Part shown: positions 28,439 through 38,281 of the stretch, in pieces | Numbering within the stretch: position 1 is the stretch's first letter | Layout of the letters: each line of letters starts with the position of its first letter | Source of the DNA: Thermoprotei archaeon | GTDB lineage: Archaea; Thermoproteota; Thermoprotei_A; EX4484-217-1 | Assembly: GCA_021158265.1 (NCBI GenBank) | Contig: JAGGUY010000001.1 | Span: forward strand, 1 to 48,052 | Reading direction: 5' to 3' | DNA length: 48,052 nt | Translations under genes and position numbers: made by a program | The notes under the pieces: model-generated | Databases searched by the model: none | Seen by the model: the letters and a program-made list of their open reading frames with translations, nothing else | What the model was told of the DNA's origin: nothing

Positions 28439-29596
28439 GTGTCTCCGATAAAAGCTAATTTAGCTATCATAATTGCTGCCTTAGTGTTGGGGCTAATATT
28501 AGGGGCAAGTTTAACGTACTTTGCGGTACCATTAAAGGAAGGAACGACAACAACGTTAACTACTACGATAACTCTAAAACAAACCCCATCAACGATCATT
28601 AAAACTAAAACGGTTCTTGCAACAACAACCATTAAACCAGAATATCCCATTACAATTGTTGATGCCTTAGGCAGAATTGTTGTAATTAAAGAGGAACCCA
28701 AAAGGATAGTAACTTTATCTCCAGCTATAACAGAGGATGTTTTTGCCTTAGGTTTAGGTAAATATGTTGTAGGTGTTGATAGTTTTTCAAACTATCCGCC
28801 AGAGGTTATTAAGTTAAAGGATGAAGGGAGAATAGCTGATGTAGGAGGGTATTGGCAGCCTGATTTAGAGAAAATTGTTGAATTAAATCCTGACTTAATA
28901 CTCGCAGATGCTGGTGCTCATGCTAAACTTCGTGAAAAATTCATGGAGCTGGGATTAACTGTGGTTTATGTTAAGGGTGGTTCAGCAAGTTCATTAGAGG
29001 ATATACTGTCGGATTTAGGCTTAATAGCTCAAATATTTCATGTAGAGGAGAAGGCTGAAGAAGTTTCTAAGGAATTACTAGCACAAATACAAGATGTAGA
29101 AGAGAAACTAACTAGAGCTAATGCAACCAAGGTTAAGGTCCTAGTGCTTCTAGGTCCACCATCATGGGGCTACTGGAGTGCTGGTTCCGGAACATTCATT
29201 AATTACGTTATAAATGTTGCCGGAGGAGTGAATATCGCTGCAAAATATCATGGATGGGTTAAGCTAAGCTTAGAGGACATAGTTTCCGAAAACCCCGATG
29301 TAATAATTGTTTCCCTTATGGCTTCATCTGAGGAGGCTAAGAAAGTAATCGAAAACATAATGTCCTCAGAACTTGCCAGCACTAATGCTGTGAAAAAGGG
29401 GAATGTGTTTGTTCTTATAAACGAGGCAAACGATGTACTTATGAGGCCTGGTCCGCGAATCGTTGAAGCATCTAAGATCATGGCACAAATACTTCACAGT
29501 GAAGTTTTCGGCGAAATTTCGAGAAACGACGTTATTAAGCTAAGCCCTACGCTCTCTCATAACACTTATGTCGGTGAAAGTATAGCTATCGCATAG
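28439..29596 (+). CDS. Cobalamin/Fe-chelate ABC substrate-binding protein (BtuF-like)
   Basis: RIVTLSPAITE, VGVD, EKIVELNPDL, RPGPRI; Thr-rich linker. Confidence 0.87.
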   Translation: MSPIKANLAIIIAALVLGLILGASLTYFAVPLKEGTTTTLTTTITLKQTPSTIIKTKTVLATTTIKPEYPITIVDALGRIVVIKEEPKRIVTLSPAITEDVFALGLGKYVVGVDSFSNYPPEVIKLKDEGRIADVGGYWQPDLEKIVELNPDLILADAGAHAKLREKFMELGLTVVYVKGGSASSLEDILSDLGLIAQIFHVEEKAEEVSKELLAQIQDVEEKLTRANATKVKVLVLLGPPSWGYWSAGSGTFINYVINVAGGVNIAAKYHGWVKLSLEDIVSENPDVIIVSLMASSEEAKKVIENIMSSELASTNAVKKGNVFVLINEANDVLMRPGPRIVEASKIMAQILHSEVFGEISRNDVIKLSPTLSHNTYVGESIAIA

Positions 29597-29609
29597 GGTT
29601 TAAAGCACA

Positions 29610-30644
29610 ATGCATAACCTTAAGCATTATTTTAAGTCGAAGAAGAAGAAATTTTTTATTACACTCTCTCTTTTAATTATTTCTCTAGTATTTACACTAA
29701 TGGTTTCATTAAGTGTAGGTTCTCTAAGTATAAGTGTTGATAAAGTATTCTTAGCACTAACAGGTTCCTTACAAGATAAAAGGCTGTCTCACATAATTTT
29801 AGATATAAGGCTCTCGAGAACTTTAGCGTCAATCTTTATTGGAGCGTCTTTAGCTGTTTCAGGAGTTTTGATTCAGAGCGTCACTAGAAATGCCTTAGCC
29901 GAACCGTTTTTATTAGGGCTATCTTCTGGGGCATTAGCCTTTATGGCTTTAGCCATACTTATTATTCCATCAGCTATTTTATCAATACACTACATATCAG
30001 CTATTGCTTTTGTAGGGGCTTTAGCGGCTTTTGCCCTCACGTTAATGCTAAGCGAAGCTGTAGGGGGATCAGCTACGAGCCTTATACTTGCAGGTATTGC
30101 TGTAACTTCGGGGTTTTCGGGAATTTCTAGTTTATTAGCCTTCATAGTTCAGGCGAAACTTAACAGACCATTCCTAATTCTCCTCCTAGGGAGTTTAGCT
30201 CAAATCTTAAAAGCACAAGTAATAATGTTAGCTTCAGTTTTCACGGTAGGGTTTATTGCTTCCATAGCTCTAGCTAAGAGATTGAATGCGATAATGTTTG
30301 GTGATGAACATTCGCTTCAGTTAGGATATAATCCCAGAACAACAAGGCTTATTTCGTCCCTTCTTGCAGCGTTACTTACAAGCGTTAGCGTAGCGGTGGC
30401 CGGGATAATAGGCTTTATAGGGTTAGTGGTGCCTCATATAGCTAGGTTAATGATAGGGAACGATAATAGATTCGTAATTCCGCTTTCAGCACTCTTAGGC
30501 TCAATAATACTTTGCCTCTCAGATATTTCTGTAAGGTTGGCTTCTGAAGGTTTAGCTATAGGCGAAATACCTGTTGGAGCAGTAACTAGCGCATTAGGGG
30601 CTCCATTTTTTGCCTACCTATTAATGGCTAAGGTGAAATCCTAA
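29610..30644 (+). CDS. FecCD/BtuC-type ABC permease
   Basis: DIRLSR, RNALAEPFLLG, GIIGFIGLVVPH, GAPFF. Confidence 0.9.
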   Translation: MHNLKHYFKSKKKKFFITLSLLIISLVFTLMVSLSVGSLSISVDKVFLALTGSLQDKRLSHIILDIRLSRTLASIFIGASLAVSGVLIQSVTRNALAEPFLLGLSSGALAFMALAILIIPSAILSIHYISAIAFVGALAAFALTLMLSEAVGGSATSLILAGIAVTSGFSGISSLLAFIVQAKLNRPFLILLLGSLAQILKAQVIMLASVFTVGFIASIALAKRLNAIMFGDEHSLQLGYNPRTTRLISSLLAALLTSVSVAVAGIIGFIGLVVPHIARLMIGNDNRFVIPLSALLGSIILCLSDISVRLASEGLAIGEIPVGAVTSALGAPFFAYLLMAKVKS

Positions 30645-31418
30645 ATGTTCTGTGTTAGTGTAGAAGAATTGGCTTTTAAATATAAGGGAGGGTTTGAGCT
30701 TGGAAAGGTGAGTTTGAGATTTTGCGAATCGGAAATTACAGCGGTATTGGGTCCTAACGGTGCTGGTAAGACTACTTTTCTTAAATGTCTAGCTAGAATT
30801 CTTAAACCCTTAGAAGGCGTTGTGTACATTGGCAATAAGGAACTATGGAGTTTAAGTTTAAATGAAGTAGCAAAAAGCATCGGTTTTTCAGAAGTAGAAG
30901 TACCTCAAGGATTCAATGTTAAAGTAGTAGACTTCATATCCACAAGTAGATATCCTCACATGAGAACTTTTTGGGAAACCGAGAATGATGTGGAACAAAT
31001 TATTGGGTCTATTAAGAGACTGAAGCTGGAAAGCTTATCTCAGAGAAAATTAGAGGAATTAAGTAGTGGGGAATTCCAAAGAGTAATCATAGCTAAAATC
31101 CTAGCAAAAAACCCTAAGATACTTCTTTTAGACGAGCCAACACTTCACTTAGACATAAAATATCAATTAGAAATTCTAAAGACTATAAGTGAAATAACCA
31201 AGGAGAAAAAATTAGTGACAATAATTACTCTTCACGATTTAAAATTGGCCTCACTATTTGCTGATAAAGTGGTTCTTTTGAAAAATGGCAAAGTAGTAGC
31301 TTTTGGCAAACCAAATGAAGTATTAACTCCGGAGAACATAGAAAGAGTTTACGAGGTAAAAGTAAAGGTTATAAGAGATAAGGAGGCAGGTATGATAATT
31401 ACGCCCTTAATTAAATAA
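30645..31418 (+). CDS. FecE/BtuD-type ABC ATPase
   Basis: GPNGAGKT, LSSGE, LLDEPT, LHDL. Confidence 0.92.
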   Translation: MFCVSVEELAFKYKGGFELGKVSLRFCESEITAVLGPNGAGKTTFLKCLARILKPLEGVVYIGNKELWSLSLNEVAKSIGFSEVEVPQGFNVKVVDFISTSRYPHMRTFWETENDVEQIIGSIKRLKLESLSQRKLEELSSGEFQRVIIAKILAKNPKILLLDEPTLHLDIKYQLEILKTISEITKEKKLVTIITLHDLKLASLFADKVVLLKNGKVVAFGKPNEVLTPENIERVYEVKVKVIRDKEAGMIITPLIK

Positions 31419-32142
31419 TCTTAGCTCCTATAAATGAAAGCTTAATGCTATTTAGCTTATTGAATTCTAAGAGTGCATCTTTAATCTTGTCTTTCTTAAT
31501 CAAATTGCTTATAATTATTAGGCGTTCATAATCGTCAACAGTGAAGTCATCCACCCTATACATTATAGCTGAGCACGTTGTAGTTATTACAGCGCTTATT
31601 AATCCCTGATTTGAGAAAATATCTAACGAAGAGATTATGTCCTTATGTGAGAAGAAGCAATGGGGTGAAGGATGAGTATGCGCCATAACATACGCTTTTA
31701 TGAACGGAATTCTAACCTTATCTATTTCTCCTTCAAGAAGAACACCTATTTTCTTAGGAATTATTAGTAGCATATACTCTACGTGTTTCATGTCAGTTAC
31801 TCTAGCTTTATCCTTAAGTAACGGTATAATATTGTTCATGAAAACTTCAAGAGCGCGTTCATACATGCTTCTCCATAATATTGCATGATGTGGTTCGTTC
31901 GAGAAAAACAATATTTTCAATCCCTCCTTAGGTGGGGGGAGTCTTCTATTTTTGAGAGCTTGAGGTATGTAGACAGTAACTTGTCCGCCATTCCAGCTAT
32001 GGTATTCGTAAAAATTTTCACTAATGTAAAAAGTGTTTAAACCATGTATTTCCATAAGATCCTCACAAAATGATATTATATTTCCAGCTATGGCTAACCA
32101 TTTTATACTCTTATTTTCAACTATGAAATTTTCCTTCTTCAT
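31411..32142 (-). CDS. Hypothetical protein with JAB/JAMM-like metal motif
   Basis: VEY..AHTHPSPHCFFSHKD fits E..HxH-x7-S-x2-D. Confidence 0.6.
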   Translation of the reverse strand: MKKENFIVENKSIKWLAIAGNIISFCEDLMEIHGLNTFYISENFYEYHSWNGGQVTVYIPQALKNRRLPPPKEGLKILFFSNEPHHAILWRSMYERALEVFMNNIIPLLKDKARVTDMKHVEYMLLIIPKKIGVLLEGEIDKVRIPFIKAYVMAHTHPSPHCFFSHKDIISSLDIFSNQGLISAVITTTCSAIMYRVDDFTVDDYERLIIISNLIKKDKIKDALLEFNKLNSIKLSFIGAKII

Positions 32143-32155
32143 ACATTACCCATCT

Positions 32156-33319
32156 TCATAATGATTCTAGATATAGCTTCTTTATCTCCTCTCTTGTCGG
32201 AACCTTTGGATTATTATAGACTAATGGTCTCATGTAGTCAAGCACGTCATCTACAAACTTGCCGATGTCCTTCTCTGAGACACCAAAATCGCTAAGTCTA
32301 ACGTTTAAACCTATACTGTTTCTTAGCTTAAGTATATAATCATATACTGACATTGCTATGTATCTTTGAGGCATTGTTGTAACTTTTAATCCCATCACCT
32401 CGGCTATTTCTACAAAATCTTCTATTGCTGCGTCTAGCGTGAACTTAAGCCATGCTGGTAAAAGCGCCGCTAACCCCATACCGTGGTGTACTTTCTCGTA
32501 ATGCGCGCTTATGGGATGTTCCATAGCGTGACAAAGAGCTGTTCTGGACTGATCTATAGCTAAGCCTGCCATCATGCTCGCCCATAGGAGCCTCGTTCTT
32601 GCTTGAATGTTTATTCCTCTCTTAACTACTACCTCAATGTTTTCTACAATGTTCCTTATGGCTTCGGCTGCGAACATTCTGGCTAACCTATTCGTTCTCC
32701 TGCTAACATATGATTCGAGAGCATGAGCTAAAGCGTCAAAAGCTGTAGCAGCAGAGAGTGTTGGTGGTAGTGTAAGTGTTGTTTCTGGATCTAGAACGGC
32801 AACTTTGGGATAAATGAGTTTGCTGACAACAGAAACTTTCGCTTTTCTTTCTACATCTGTTATTACAGCGTACTTGTTGACTTCGCTCCCTGTACCGTGT
32901 GTTGTAGGTATTGCAACTATAGGGTAAGCTTCTGAAAACTCTTTCTTACCTCTCAAGTAATCAGTAAGTTTTCCTCCGGAAGCCAATGTTGCTGCTACAG
33001 CTTTTGCTGAATCAATTGCGCTACCTCCACCTAACCCTATGAAAAGGTCGCAACCGTTCTTCTCAGCGAAGGCAATGGCTCTTTCTACTTCATCTGATCT
33101 AGGATTTGATGAGATGTCTGTGAACATGCAGTATTTAAGCCCTGCTTTTTCTAAGCTTACACGCAAAGTACTATAGTATCCGTACTTTATCATTGAGCCT
33201 CCACGAGTCATTATAACCATGGCTTTAGCTCCGAGATTATCAATATGCTCATGGACTTTCGATAGAGAGCCTCTTTCAAATATTATCTTGGTGGGTAAGC
33301 TGAACTCTATACTAAACAT
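32156..33319 (-). CDS. Iron-containing alcohol dehydrogenase
   Basis: GLGGGSAIDSAK, PTTHGTGSE, DALAHALE, HAMEH, HHG. Confidence 0.92.
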   Translation of the reverse strand: MFSIEFSLPTKIIFERGSLSKVHEHIDNLGAKAMVIMTRGGSMIKYGYYSTLRVSLEKAGLKYCMFTDISSNPRSDEVERAIAFAEKNGCDLFIGLGGGSAIDSAKAVAATLASGGKLTDYLRGKKEFSEAYPIVAIPTTHGTGSEVNKYAVITDVERKAKVSVVSKLIYPKVAVLDPETTLTLPPTLSAATAFDALAHALESYVSRRTNRLARMFAAEAIRNIVENIEVVVKRGINIQARTRLLWASMMAGLAIDQSRTALCHAMEHPISAHYEKVHHGMGLAALLPAWLKFTLDAAIEDFVEIAEVMGLKVTTMPQRYIAMSVYDYILKLRNSIGLNVRLSDFGVSEKDIGKFVDDVLDYMRPLVYNNPKVPTREEIKKLYLESL

Positions 33320-33393
33320 AAAACAAATACACCGAAGATAGATAGATGTTTTAGGAGAATATTAATCTTATTCTTGCAATCTTGCTTTGAAAA

Positions 33394-34758
33394 TTAAATA
33401 GTTTTATTATAAGCTGTTATGGCTTTAACGAATTTTCCATATCCTCTTTCTATCTGAAGTTCTCTATCAAGAATTACTGGAGTTCCACGTATAATGACTG
33501 TAGTAGGCCATCCGTAGAGTTCCATACCCTCGTAAGGTGTCCACGGATTCTTATAATGTAGATCTTCGGCTTTTACTTTCTTTTTAAACTCAGGATCTAT
33601 TATTAGCATATCAGCATCCGCACCTACGGCTATTTTGCCTTTCATAGGTAATCCAAAAATCTTTGCCGGATTATACATGAGAACTTCTATGAGTCTTTTA
33701 AGTGATAGTATTCCCCTCTTAAATCCGTAAGTAAAAACTACCGGTAATAATGTTTCTACTCCAGCAACACCTCCCCAAGCTTTCCAAATGTCCTCCCATC
33801 CAACATCTTTTTCCTCCCTACTACCAGGCGCATGGTCTGTTGTAACAACATCTATTAGACCGTTTGAGAGTCCTTTCCACAGAGCCTCTACATGCTCCAT
33901 AGATCTAAGAGGAGGATTCATTTTAAGTAAGGGCCCCCATTTTTTAACGTCATCATATGTGAAGAGTAAGTGATGTATGCAAACTTCTCCAGTAATATCT
34001 AGTCCGTGGGTTTTAGCGTATTTTAAAACATCTACAGCGTAGCTTGTCGTTATATGGCATAAATGCAGCCTGCCGCCTGTATATTCTACGTATCCAAGCA
34101 GTTTTTCCATAGCAACCTTTTCAGCTATAGGTGATCTTGAGAGATGATGAATTACGGGATCCTTACGCCCCGTTTTCATAGCTTCACTAATTCCGTCCTC
34201 AAGTACTGCTTCATCTTCTGCATGAACTGTCACAAGAATATCAAGCTCTTTAGTTAACTTAAGCATTTTTATGAATACATCATCGGTCGCCATATAAGGT
34301 CGGCATGTAAACATTTTATAAGCTCTTATACCTCTTTTAACAAGCTCAGGTACATTGTTTATATTCTCAGATTTTATAAAGCCTCCCTGAATCGAAAAGT
34401 CTGTGAAAGCTTCTTTCTCGCCTACTTCTATGTAGTGATTTAGGATTTCAACATTGTCTATATGGGTGTCTAAAGGCATGACGATAACTGTAGTTACCCC
34501 TCCAAAAGCGGCTGCAAGAGTTCCGTGGTAAAAATCTTCTCTATGCTTAAACCTTGGATCATAAATGTGTGCATGAACATCTATTGCCCCGGGAAGAACA
34601 AGCTTACCCTTAGCATCTATTGTTATTTCGGAATGCTCACTTACTTCCTTAGAGATACTGACAATTTTTCCCTCCCTAACACCTATTTCCCCCTCAACAA
34701 CACCCGATAATAACGCTATTTTCGCATTGATAATTTTTAGGTCAAGACTTTTACTCAT
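33394..34758 (-). CDS. Cyclic amidohydrolase (allantoinase/dihydropyrimidinase/hydantoinase type)
   Basis: PGAIDVHAH, AAAFGGVTT, YKMF, HAED, KMNPPLR, TDHAP. Confidence 0.85.
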   Translation of the reverse strand: MSKSLDLKIINAKIALLSGVVEGEIGVREGKIVSISKEVSEHSEITIDAKGKLVLPGAIDVHAHIYDPRFKHREDFYHGTLAAAFGGVTTVIVMPLDTHIDNVEILNHYIEVGEKEAFTDFSIQGGFIKSENINNVPELVKRGIRAYKMFTCRPYMATDDVFIKMLKLTKELDILVTVHAEDEAVLEDGISEAMKTGRKDPVIHHLSRSPIAEKVAMEKLLGYVEYTGGRLHLCHITTSYAVDVLKYAKTHGLDITGEVCIHHLLFTYDDVKKWGPLLKMNPPLRSMEHVEALWKGLSNGLIDVVTTDHAPGSREEKDVGWEDIWKAWGGVAGVETLLPVVFTYGFKRGILSLKRLIEVLMYNPAKIFGLPMKGKIAVGADADMLIIDPEFKKKVKAEDLHYKNPWTPYEGMELYGWPTTVIIRGTPVILDRELQIERGYGKFVKAITAYNKTI

Positions 34759-34790
34759 GGTTAAACAAACCTCTACACTTCATTTATTAG

Positions 34791-36584
34791 CTATTGTTCA
34801 ACAAAAACATTTACCACACTGTTTTTCATAACATCGAATAGTCCTTTATCGAAAACTCTTAGTTCGGGAATAACTATTAACCCTAATATTGAAAGGGTCA
34901 TGTGCGGTTCGCTCAGTTTAGAACCTGCCTTTTTCGTTTCCTCAACGAGCCTATGAAGCTCTTCAGCAACTGCTTCCGCCGGTTTATCGCTTAAAATTCC
35001 GGCTACCGGAAGCTTAACTAAGGCTTTAACTGAGCCGTTTGCCACAAAGACTATTCCTCCACCTGTTTCAACTATTTTGTTTACAGCGTATGCCATGTCG
35101 TTTTCGTTCACTCCAACAACAAGTATGTTGTGGCTATCATGAGCTACTGATGAAGCTAGAGCCCCATATTTGAAACCAAATCCATGGACAAGCCCTAAAC
35201 CTACTTTTCCTTCTCCAGTGTATCGTTCAACCATAGCTATTTTCAAAACGTCTCTCTCAGCATCTGCAACAACTTCCCCATTAACCACCTTAACGTCCAT
35301 TACTAAATGTTTTGTAATTGCTTTGTTAGGAACAATGCCAATAACTCTTGCTTTAACCACTCCATTGTTTATGGGGGCTTTTAGCTTAAAATCTTCAGGT
35401 AGAATTTTTCTACGAATATTTATTGTACCGTAAAGGTACTTTGGTATTTTATACTCTTTAGGAGGTTTCCATAGGGATTTTCCATTCTCCGCTAGGAGTT
35501 TTCCTCCTACAAACACTTTCTCAATAGAAACTTTTTCGAGATTACCTAGAATTATGAAGTCTGCGAGTTTTCCTGGGGCTATTCCTCCTAGATCATCCTC
35601 TACTCTAAATCTACGTGCAACATTTATTGTCGCCATTTGGATGGCTTTTACTGGATCTAAGCCTAGCTCTATCGCTTTTCTAACAATGTAGTCCATATGT
35701 CCCTCATGGATTATATCGTAGGGGTTTCTATCGTCAGCTACGAACGTTAGCATGTGTGTGTCTATGCCGTAATCAAGTATTGCTCTGATCGTTTTATCTA
35801 GATCCCTCCATGCGCTTCCCTCCCTAAGCATTACATGCATTCCTAATCTTGCTTTCTCAACTATTTCCCATGCTTCAACACTTTCATGATCCGATGTTAT
35901 CCCTGCGGAAGCGTAAGCTACTAGATGTTTTCCTGAAAGAGCTGGAGCGTGACCATCAACTACTTTGTTTACGTTATGGGCTGAAGCGATCTTTTCGAGA
36001 ATATCGTCCCTTAAGTTTAGTAAGCCATGGAAATCCATTACCTCCCCTAAACCTATGGTTAAGGGGTTTTCTAGAAGCTCAGCTACTTCTTTAGCTCCTA
36101 AAACACCTCCTGTTGTGTCTTCAGGTGTTGCGGGAACGCATGATGGTACTTCAACGAAAATTCTTATGGGCGCCATTTTCGCTTCATTAAGAAAATATTC
36201 GATCCCTTTCTTTCCTAAGACATTAGCTATTTCATGGGGGTCTATGAAGACTCCTGTTGTCCCGTGCGGAAGAACTGCCTCTGAAAAGTGTAGGGGGGTA
36301 AGCATGCTACTCTCGATATGAATGTGGGCATCGAGAAAACCTGGAACTAAAACTTTACCCTTACAATCAATAACCTTAGTGTTAGATCCTATTGTATGTG
36401 AAGCATCAGAACCTACATAAGCTATTCTTTCACCTTTAACCGCAACATCTATTCCTTCAAGAATTTCGCCTGTGTAAACGTTAACTAAGGAAGCATCCTT
36501 AATGACAAGGTCTGCTTTATCCTTTCCCAAAGCAGTTGCTATTAATGCTCTCACAATTTCTCTGTAAAATCTTGTTACGTGCAT
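34791..36584 (-). CDS. ade: Adenine deaminase
   Basis: DAHIHIESS, DPHEIANVLG, GEVMD, DGHAP, SDHE, REGS, SSVAHDSHN. Confidence 0.93.
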   Translation of the reverse strand: MHVTRFYREIVRALIATALGKDKADLVIKDASLVNVYTGEILEGIDVAVKGERIAYVGSDASHTIGSNTKVIDCKGKVLVPGFLDAHIHIESSMLTPLHFSEAVLPHGTTGVFIDPHEIANVLGKKGIEYFLNEAKMAPIRIFVEVPSCVPATPEDTTGGVLGAKEVAELLENPLTIGLGEVMDFHGLLNLRDDILEKIASAHNVNKVVDGHAPALSGKHLVAYASAGITSDHESVEAWEIVEKARLGMHVMLREGSAWRDLDKTIRAILDYGIDTHMLTFVADDRNPYDIIHEGHMDYIVRKAIELGLDPVKAIQMATINVARRFRVEDDLGGIAPGKLADFIILGNLEKVSIEKVFVGGKLLAENGKSLWKPPKEYKIPKYLYGTINIRRKILPEDFKLKAPINNGVVKARVIGIVPNKAITKHLVMDVKVVNGEVVADAERDVLKIAMVERYTGEGKVGLGLVHGFGFKYGALASSVAHDSHNILVVGVNENDMAYAVNKIVETGGGIVFVANGSVKALVKLPVAGILSDKPAEAVAEELHRLVEETKKAGSKLSEPHMTLSILGLIVIPELRVFDKGLFDVMKNSVVNVFVEQ

Positions 36585-36883
36585 TTCTGTAGCACCTTAG
36601 AAGGACAGATTATGTTAAGAAGTATCAATTGCTGTTCTTTTTAGACTAAATTTACCTTGCCCATATTTGAGTTTTATAGTTCATGAAACCGATGGTTTAG
36701 CTTACTGCTTAAGATAAATGCTTATTTAAAAGCTTATTGGAAAGAACAAGCATTTGAAATATTCATCTTTTAAAAATTCTCTTTAAACATGAACTTCCAA
36801 ACATTCTTAAAATGAACAATACATGGTTATTCAGCAAAATTATTTCCCATAATAGCATATCAGAAATATAGGTGGAAAATGCA

Positions 36884-38278
36884 ATGGCGGACATTTACAT
36901 TCGAGGAGGTTTTATTATAACCGTTGATAGTGAACGTAGAATAATTAGAGACGGAGCAGTAGCTATAGAGAACGGAAAGATAATTGCTGTTGGTAAAAGG
37001 GAGGAGTTAGATAAGGACTTTAAAGAGCACTCTGAAAAGGTAATCGACGCGTCTAGAAAAATTGTTATGCCTGGACTTATAGATCTCCATGTTCACATGG
37101 CTCAGGCAATGATTAGGGGTATGGCACAGTATGTTAGACTTATTCCATGGCTTAAAGACTACGTTTGGCCTTTACAGGGAAATTACACTAAAGAGGATGG
37201 GAAAACAAGCGCTCTACTATGTATGATTGAAATGATAAAGTCCGGAACTACAACATTTCTCGAAGTCGGTTTATCAGGAAGATACGGTGTTGAAGGAATA
37301 GCTGAAGCATTAGAGAAAATAGGTATGAGAGGAGTTCTCGGAAGGCACGTAATGGATACTCCAGGATATGCTACCGAGGAAAATATTATCCATTCTGGTC
37401 TTGTAGAGACTAAAGAGGAAGGTATGAAGGAAGTTCTTTACATGTACCAACGCTGGCATGGTAAACACGGAAGAATATTTGTATGGTTCGCACCTAGAAC
37501 TCCGGGTGCTGTTTCCGTAGAAACTTATCGAGAAATTGTTGCTAAAGCTAAGGAGTTAGGAATAGGAATTACAATGCATTTAGCTGAAGTTAGAGAGGAT
37601 GTAGAGTACTTTAAAAAGAACTTCGGTATGAGACCAGTAGAGTTCGTTAAGTGGATAGGTATGGTTGGGTCAAACGTTGTTCTAGCACATGTCGTATGGG
37701 TTAATGATGAGGAGATAGGTATTCTAGCTAAAACAGGAACTCATGTAGCACATAACCCATCATGTAACATGAAATTAGGATCTGGACTAACACCTGTAGC
37801 TAAAATGCTTAGAGCAGGAGTTAATGTTGGATTAGGTTGTGATGGAGGACCAAGTAACGACAACTACGATATGATTGAGGAAATGAAGATAGCAGCTCTT
37901 GGACAATCACTAATAAACATGGATCCTGCAGTTATTACTGCGGAGAAAATAATAGAAATGGCTACTGTTAATGGTGCTAAAGCTCTAGGTTTAGAAAGAG
38001 AAATAGGATCAATAGAAGTAGGTAAAAAAGCAGACATAATACTCGTAGACTACTGGAAACCACACCTAATACCAATGTTTAACCCTATAACACACCTGGT
38101 ATATGCAGCCCAGGGACAGGATGTTGACACGGTAATTATAGATGGAAAAGTAGTCATGGAACATAGGAAAATACTAACCGTAGATGAAGAAAAGATTCTC
38201 GAAGAAGCTGAGAAAAGAGGATTTAACGTTATTAGAAGAGCAGGAATAAAACCAAAAATAAATTGGCCAGTAATCTAA
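36884..38278 (+). CDS. Amidohydrolase, MTA/SAH deaminase-guanine deaminase-SsnA group
   Basis: DLHVHMAQ, EMIKSGTT, HLAE, HNPSCNMKLGSG, GCDG; ATG 36884 follows AGGTGG. Confidence 0.87.
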   Translation: MADIYIRGGFIITVDSERRIIRDGAVAIENGKIIAVGKREELDKDFKEHSEKVIDASRKIVMPGLIDLHVHMAQAMIRGMAQYVRLIPWLKDYVWPLQGNYTKEDGKTSALLCMIEMIKSGTTTFLEVGLSGRYGVEGIAEALEKIGMRGVLGRHVMDTPGYATEENIIHSGLVETKEEGMKEVLYMYQRWHGKHGRIFVWFAPRTPGAVSVETYREIVAKAKELGIGITMHLAEVREDVEYFKKNFGMRPVEFVKWIGMVGSNVVLAHVVWVNDEEIGILAKTGTHVAHNPSCNMKLGSGLTPVAKMLRAGVNVGLGCDGGPSNDNYDMIEEMKIAALGQSLINMDPAVITAEKIIEMATVNGAKALGLEREIGSIEVGKKADIILVDYWKPHLIPMFNPITHLVYAAQGQDVDTVIIDGKVVMEHRKILTVDEEKILEEAEKRGFNVIRRAGIKPKINWPVI

Positions 38279-38281
38279 ACT

